In this document: positions 59,044 to 64,000 of the stretch, piece by piece
How positions within the stretch are numbered: the stretch's first letter is position 1
How the letters are laid out: each line of letters begins with the position of its first letter
IMG/VR virus record: IMGVR_UViG_3300025608_000006
Direction: 5' to 3' (one strand)
Origin: a virus
Taxonomy: Duplodnaviria; Caudoviricetes
DNA: 64,000 nucleotides
The notes under the pieces: generated by a model
What the model was told of the DNA's origin: nothing
Database searches by the model: none
The model's input: only the letters and a program-made list of their open reading frames with translations
Program-made: the position numbers and the translations under genes

Positions 59044-59937
59044 ATGGATATGAAAAAACTTTTAGAATCGATGGATCACATTGAAGAATGTGGAATGACA
59101 GAAATGCCAGCAGCAGCACTACCTGCACCAGAAATGGACAAAGGCAATCCAGTAACAGTAAATGTTAGTATGAACGCAAGTGGTAAAGAACATGTTGCAG
59201 ATCTACTAGACATGATGAAAAATGCAGGACTAGGTGGTGCAGAACCAGTAGGTGCTAAAATGCTTTCACCACGCATGGACATGGAACGTTTGTCAGCAAT
59301 GATGGATGAACCAGGCTTTGACGATAAAGAAATGCCACTTCCTAGCGGCGCTGAAGCAGATATGGAAGAAGTCGAAGAAGGCCAGTACGACGGTAAGAGC
59401 CGTGAAGAACTGTTGAAAATGAAAGCCCAAGCTGAAGCTGGTATTAAGAATATGCAATCCAGCGGCGACGGCGCACACGAAAAATTTTACGATGAAACAC
59501 AGATGATGATGGCGCAACAGCATCTTGACGACATCAACAATGCACTAAAGAAAGCAGAAGAAAGCGTTGAAGAAGAAGATTATGCTAACGAGCCTGATCC
59601 ACAATACGGTGACATGCGTGACGCTATCCCAGACGGCAATGATCTAAACCGTAAAAAGAAATCATATGCTGCTACACAAGATGGCGACAATCCAATGGCT
59701 GTTGAAAATATCAAAGCAGCATTGTATGCAGCATTAACTGAAAAGAAAAAGACTATGGTCAAAGGCCCAGATGGAAAAATGGTGCCAGACTATGCAGCAG
59801 ACGGCAAAGGCAAAGACGATCTCGGCAAAGGTAAAAAAGATACCAAAACTACTGAAGGTCGTGGCAAAGTAATGGCTGGACGCGGACGCGGCAAAGACAA
59901 GCTAATGGCTGGCAGAGGCCGCGGCAAGAAAAAATAA
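59044..59937 (+). CDS. Acidic protein with a basic GRGK-repeat C-terminus; putative internal head protein
   Basis: E/D/M-rich body, ending GRGKVMAGRGRGKDKLMAGRGRGKKK. Confidence 0.6.
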   Translation: MDMKKLLESMDHIEECGMTEMPAAALPAPEMDKGNPVTVNVSMNASGKEHVADLLDMMKNAGLGGAEPVGAKMLSPRMDMERLSAMMDEPGFDDKEMPLPSGAEADMEEVEEGQYDGKSREELLKMKAQAEAGIKNMQSSGDGAHEKFYDETQMMMAQQHLDDINNALKKAEESVEEEDYANEPDPQYGDMRDAIPDGNDLNRKKKSYAATQDGDNPMAVENIKAALYAALTEKKKTMVKGPDGKMVPDYAADGKGKDDLGKGKKDTKTTEGRGKVMAGRGRGKDKLMAGRGRGKKK

Positions 59938-59956
59938 ACTACGGTGGGGTTACGCC

Positions 59957-59984
59957 AAATAGGACCTTCGGGTCCTATTTTCTT
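59957..59984 (+). terminator. Intrinsic terminator
   Basis: AAATAGGACC-TTCG-GGTCCTATTT-TCTT; C(UUCG)G tetraloop. Confidence 0.9.
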
Positions 59985-59998
59985 GAGTAAATAACTGT

Positions 59999-60349
59999 AT
60001 GACACAACACGATATTGATTGGTCCGCATATTTTGATAGTATAAAACCTGTTTGTCCATGGAGTGCAGCAGCATGGAAAAAGAGCGAAATTAAAATTACT
60101 CAATGGACAGGCGAATGGGAACACTTGGGCAACAATCAAGCTATTGTGTATATTGTTCCTAACTACAATCGTAGACGTTTAAAGAAACTGTGCAGCAAAT
60201 TAGATGTTAGTTTAGAATACGAATGGCTGTGGAGCGAACCAAGATACGGCGAGTATGCTGCACCTACACACATCTTAATTCAACAAGATCGCCGTAGACT
60301 GTTCGACCTAAGATTCGACACTGGTTATTACGACGATATAATAGGTTAA
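59999..60349 (+). CDS. Hypothetical protein (116 aa)
   Basis: TAAATA sits 5 nt before the ATG; contains VCPWS; fills the gap before the terminase. Confidence 0.7.
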   Translation: MTQHDIDWSAYFDSIKPVCPWSAAAWKKSEIKITQWTGEWEHLGNNQAIVYIVPNYNRRRLKKLCSKLDVSLEYEWLWSEPRYGEYAAPTHILIQQDRRRLFDLRFDTGYYDDIIG

Positions 60350-60356
60350 ATACAAT

Positions 60357-61937
60357 ATGGCAGCATCATTGGACGGCGTCTTAATTAAGAAGGCCAATAA
60401 ACAAGAAACATATACAAACGAGCAAGTTGAAGACTTGATGAAATGCATGGATCCCAATGAAGGATACTTGTACTTTGCTCGCAAGTTTGCTTTTATTCAA
60501 CACCCCGTTAAAGGCAAGTTGTTGTTCGATCCGTTTGAGTATCAGTTACGATTGATGCACAGCTATCACAACTATCGCTTTAATATTAACATGATGCCTA
60601 GACAAACAGGCAAGACCACATGTGCAAGTATCTATTTGGCATGGTATGCTATGTTTAATCCAGATCAAACTATTCTTGTTGCTGCACACAAGTACACAGG
60701 TGCGCAAGAGATTATGTCACGCATACGTTTTGTATATGAAACTTGCCCTGATCATATTAGAGCAGGTGTTACAAGTTACAACAAACAATCAATTGAATTT
60801 GAAAATGGATCACGTATTGTAGCACAGACTACAACAGGCAACACAGGACGCGGCATGTCAATCTCGCTACTATACTGCGACGAGTTTGCATTTGTGCAAC
60901 CTAACATTGCCGAAGAGTTTTGGACTTCAATTTCGCCTACACTAGCAACAGGTGGTCGTGCTATTATTACTAGCACACCTAACAGTGACGAAGATACATT
61001 TGCTACTATTTGGAAACAAGCAGAAGAAAAGTTTGATGCACATGGCAACGAACAAGAACTAGGATCAAACGGCTTTCACAGTTTTGTTGCACAGTGGGAC
61101 GAACATCCTGACAGAGACGACAAGTGGAAAGAAGAAGAGATTGGACGTATTGGTGAAGAAAAGTTCCGTCGAGAATACGGTTGCGAATTCCTAGTATTTG
61201 ACGAAACATTAATCAACAGTTTAAAACTTGCTGTTATGGAAGGTGCTTCGCCTATACTCAACATGGGACAAACACGTTGGTATAAAAAGCCAAGTCCACA
61301 ATACACATATGCTGTTGCATTAGATCCTAGTATGGGCACAGGCGGCGATAATGCTGCTATACAAGTGTTTGAATTACCGTCATATGAACAAGTAGCAGAA
61401 TGGCAACACAACCAAACTGCTATTCCAGGTCAGGTAAGAGTGCTTGCAGACATATGCAAATACCTACAACAAGAAACTAATAACACAAACGGTATATATT
61501 GGAGTGTAGAGAACAACGGCATCGGTGAAGCATGTTTGCTGGTTATTAACGACTTCGGTGAAGAAAACATTCCAGGCCTGTTTGTAAGTGAGCCTATGCG
61601 TAAAGGACATGTAAGAAAGTTCCGCAAGGGATTTAACACTACACATGGTACTAAAATCACAGCGTGTAGTAGATTAAAAACTATGATTGAAAACGACAAA
61701 ATGACTATTCATAGTAAACCATTATTATCAGAACTAAAAGGATTTGTTGCAACAGGTTCAAGTTATCAAGCTAAAAGTGGAATGGGAGACGATCTAGTGA
61801 GTGCTACACTATTGGCACTGAGAATGATGGCTGTACTCAAAGACTGGGATCCACGAATCTATAATACCTTTACACAAGCAGAAGATCAAGAAGATTATGA
61901 AGCACCTATGCCTATCTTTATAAGCACAAACTTTTAA
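60357..61937 (+). CDS. gp17: Large terminase subunit, T4 gp17-like
   Basis: Walker A MPRQTGKTT, Walker B LLYCDEFAF, coupling motif ITSTPN, nuclease LDPSMGTGGD and DDLV. Confidence 0.96.
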   Translation: MAASLDGVLIKKANKQETYTNEQVEDLMKCMDPNEGYLYFARKFAFIQHPVKGKLLFDPFEYQLRLMHSYHNYRFNINMMPRQTGKTTCASIYLAWYAMFNPDQTILVAAHKYTGAQEIMSRIRFVYETCPDHIRAGVTSYNKQSIEFENGSRIVAQTTTGNTGRGMSISLLYCDEFAFVQPNIAEEFWTSISPTLATGGRAIITSTPNSDEDTFATIWKQAEEKFDAHGNEQELGSNGFHSFVAQWDEHPDRDDKWKEEEIGRIGEEKFRREYGCEFLVFDETLINSLKLAVMEGASPILNMGQTRWYKKPSPQYTYAVALDPSMGTGGDNAAIQVFELPSYEQVAEWQHNQTAIPGQVRVLADICKYLQQETNNTNGIYWSVENNGIGEACLLVINDFGEENIPGLFVSEPMRKGHVRKFRKGFNTTHGTKITACSRLKTMIENDKMTIHSKPLLSELKGFVATGSSYQAKSGMGDDLVSATLLALRMMAVLKDWDPRIYNTFTQAEDQEDYEAPMPIFISTNF

Positions 61938-61956
61938 TCAAGCGGATAAATACATT

Positions 61957-63876
61957 ATGCAAGAATTTGACTTAATAGGCGAAGACCTTTTTAATAAAAT
62001 TAGAGGACGTTTTCCAGAAGTTACTATAGGTGACGAAACTGGAACAGTTACCAACGAGCCGACTATGGCACGTTTCTTTGATTTTGACTATAATGGACTA
62101 GGTAAAGTAAGTGTAAGTATTTCAGAAGATGAAGGCCTAACTGTTATCTATAGCAAAGACTTTATGGAAGATCAAGACGAAATGACACAAGATGCGTGGT
62201 ACGATTTCCTAAAAGAACTACGTGTGTTTAGCAAAAAGCGTATGTTAGACTACAGCGTAAGAGATATTACAAAGTCAAATTTAAATAAAAGAGATTATAA
62301 ATTCTTAGCGAAAACTCCTGAGGACGGACAAATGACAGAATCAAAACTATACGGCACAAGTAAAATTAGTTACCAAAAAGTAGGCGAAGCACGTATTGTA
62401 ATTCAACATACTGAAAACATCAATCAAGAAAGTGCAACAGGACGCACACAAAAAATTGGTAAGATTTACATTGAAAGTGCAGACGGCGAAAGATTCCGTT
62501 ATCCATACAAGCATCTAAGTGGTGCAAGAGCAATGGCACGTCACGTAGCAGAAGGTGGCAACACATATGATGACTTTGGTAAGCACATTGTAGGCCTATC
62601 AGAAGAAATGGGCAAACTACGCAAGTTTAAAAACTACATGGGACGCAGTGCTGTAATGGCAGAAAGTCTCGCAGGGTATGTAGATGTTGTTAAAGAGCGT
62701 ATTGCTACAGTTAAGAAAACAATTGAGTCACTTCAAAAGCCAGCATACTATGCAGAAACTGTTGCAGCATTTGAAACACCAATGATGGAAGATGTACCAG
62801 CAGATGTTAAAGAAAACTGGATTGACCAATTAACTATCAAACAGTTTAATGAAGAACTAGCAGATGTATTTCCATACATTTACAAACTAGTTAGTGAAGC
62901 AACTAAGGCCAAAGAACTAGGACCAAATGACTTAGTGTCAGAAGATAGTAAAGACGAAGAAGTAGACGAAACAAATAACAGCAAAACAACACGTACTAAA
63001 GAAGAAATTGCACTTGAGCAAGGCTTTGAAGAAATGATGGGTCAGTTTGCAGAAGCAAAAGAGTGCGAAGAATGTAATTGCGCACCTTGCGAATGTGACA
63101 CAAACGAAGGCAATGTACAAGAAGCAATGATTAAGACAAGCAAAGACGCCAGTGACGCACTAGGTGTATTACGTGGTAAAGGCAAAAAGATCGAAACAGG
63201 TGACGGTGAGTATGAAGGCAACCTAGCAAACGAGTATGCTAATGAAGTATGGGATGTTTATTCTTGGATTGAAGCAAGAACAAGCGGATTTCAAGGTATA
63301 GATCCAAAGTTTCAAGAAGCAATCGATGCTATGATGGCATTGCGTAAAGAAGCAAAGAAATTAGAAACTCAACCAGGCTCAGGCAAAAATGCACGTTTTG
63401 GTAATCAAATAGTAAACACATTATATCCTGTAATGCAGTATATAGATGCACACGACTTTGATAAAAAAGAAGACGACGGCACTGAAGAGCCAAAAGAACA
63501 AAAAACCCCAATCGGTGAGTTTATACTAAGTTACTTTGATAGAGAGACAGGCGTGTTTCCTAAAGGCGAAACAGCAGTACTAACAATGATTGAAAAAGAT
63601 TATGGCGAGCAGTTCATAGAACCTGCTAAGGCATTTATTGAACAAATCACAGCAAAGTTTGACGAGTGGCAGATGCGCTCACAGCCACAGCAAATGGAAG
63701 ATGAAGTAGACGAAAACTTTACACAGGCAGCAGCGGCAGCAGCAAGAGCACACAAAACAGAATTTGAATATCCCAAAGGATCAGGCAAAATGCATCCTGT
63801 AAAAATGGACAAAGGCACTGCACACGAAATAAATGACGATTACGACAGAATGAGAGAGTTAGCAGGTTTACGTTAA
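61957..63876 (+). CDS. Large acidic hypothetical protein, putative head-associated/internal (639 aa)
   Basis: ATAAATA sits 4 nt before the ATG; C-terminus RMRELAGLR resembles the scaffold C-terminus. Confidence 0.65.
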   Translation: MQEFDLIGEDLFNKIRGRFPEVTIGDETGTVTNEPTMARFFDFDYNGLGKVSVSISEDEGLTVIYSKDFMEDQDEMTQDAWYDFLKELRVFSKKRMLDYSVRDITKSNLNKRDYKFLAKTPEDGQMTESKLYGTSKISYQKVGEARIVIQHTENINQESATGRTQKIGKIYIESADGERFRYPYKHLSGARAMARHVAEGGNTYDDFGKHIVGLSEEMGKLRKFKNYMGRSAVMAESLAGYVDVVKERIATVKKTIESLQKPAYYAETVAAFETPMMEDVPADVKENWIDQLTIKQFNEELADVFPYIYKLVSEATKAKELGPNDLVSEDSKDEEVDETNNSKTTRTKEEIALEQGFEEMMGQFAEAKECEECNCAPCECDTNEGNVQEAMIKTSKDASDALGVLRGKGKKIETGDGEYEGNLANEYANEVWDVYSWIEARTSGFQGIDPKFQEAIDAMMALRKEAKKLETQPGSGKNARFGNQIVNTLYPVMQYIDAHDFDKKEDDGTEEPKEQKTPIGEFILSYFDRETGVFPKGETAVLTMIEKDYGEQFIEPAKAFIEQITAKFDEWQMRSQPQQMEDEVDENFTQAAAAAARAHKTEFEYPKGSGKMHPVKMDKGTAHEINDDYDRMRELAGLR

Positions 63877-63922
63877 TCTGCTAGCACTCATAAGTTTTTA
63901 TGTTTTTTCTTTCAAAAAAGAC

Positions 63923-63951
63923 TTGACGAACGTTGTAGACGGTGTTATTAT
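63923..63951 (+). promoter_or_regulatory. sigma70-type early promoter marking the start of the next (early) region
   Basis: TTGACG (63923-63928), 17 nt ending in TGT, TATTAT (63946-63951), with an A-tract upstream. Confidence 0.7.
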
Positions 63952-64000
63952 TAATACTGTGCTATAACATATAAAGGCACAGAGCAACATAAGTTGTTCT

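Noticed and set aside
60357-61937. Intein or intron in the terminase or other core genes
   Set aside because: Lengths and motif spacing are continuous; no C/S...HN splice motifs or frame breaks were seen.
417-63818. Numerous 60-310 aa ORFs antisense to or overlapping long genes (e.g. 2847..3707, 4483..5409, 12954..13271, 59076..59762)
   Set aside because: Shadow ORFs arising from the codon bias of the real genes (Ser/Leu-rich, no motifs, no SD or promoter).
1-64000. tRNA, rRNA, integrase or transposase genes
   Set aside because: Intergenic gaps are short and I recognised no cloverleaf or recombinase motifs. The TnsA-like ORF at 56657 is the T4 gp4 head-completion nuclease, not a transposon.

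Overview
The whole window is the virion-morphogenesis (late) region of a large T4-superfamily myophage, most likely an uncultured aquatic lineage; the host cannot be determined from this window. It has a head module (portal gp20 clipped at the 5' edge, acidic core protein, protease gp21, scaffold gp22, capsid gp23), about 35 kb of giant paralogous fibre/appendage genes, neck and tail genes (gp13/14/15, sheath gp18, tube gp19), gp4, putative internal head proteins and large terminase gp17. Genes are driven by a T4-type late promoter (A)TAAATA, often only 4-5 nt before an ATG, and are punctuated by clear intrinsic terminators. The most notable system is a split, phage-encoded heptose glycosylation pathway inside the fibre region. 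An ADP-heptose donor operon (hldE-hldD-cupin-gmhB) has a perfect sigma70 promoter and appears leaderless. It lacks gmhA, but a PMI-like cupin sits in the operon. A late-promoter operon (GT9 heptosyltransferase-like, SGNH-like, carbamoyltransferase) lies directly behind three paralogous Cys/Gly-rich adhesin-like proteins. Other points of interest: a probable ATC start codon for the gp14-like gene, palindromic back-to-back late promoters, an intact blue-copper-like motif in a 2242-aa fibre, structured late 5' leaders, a T4 capsid-targeting-like N-terminus, and a C-terminal R-x-LAGL motif shared by the scaffold and a 639-aa protein. All family assignments come from motif recognition by eye; no searches were run.
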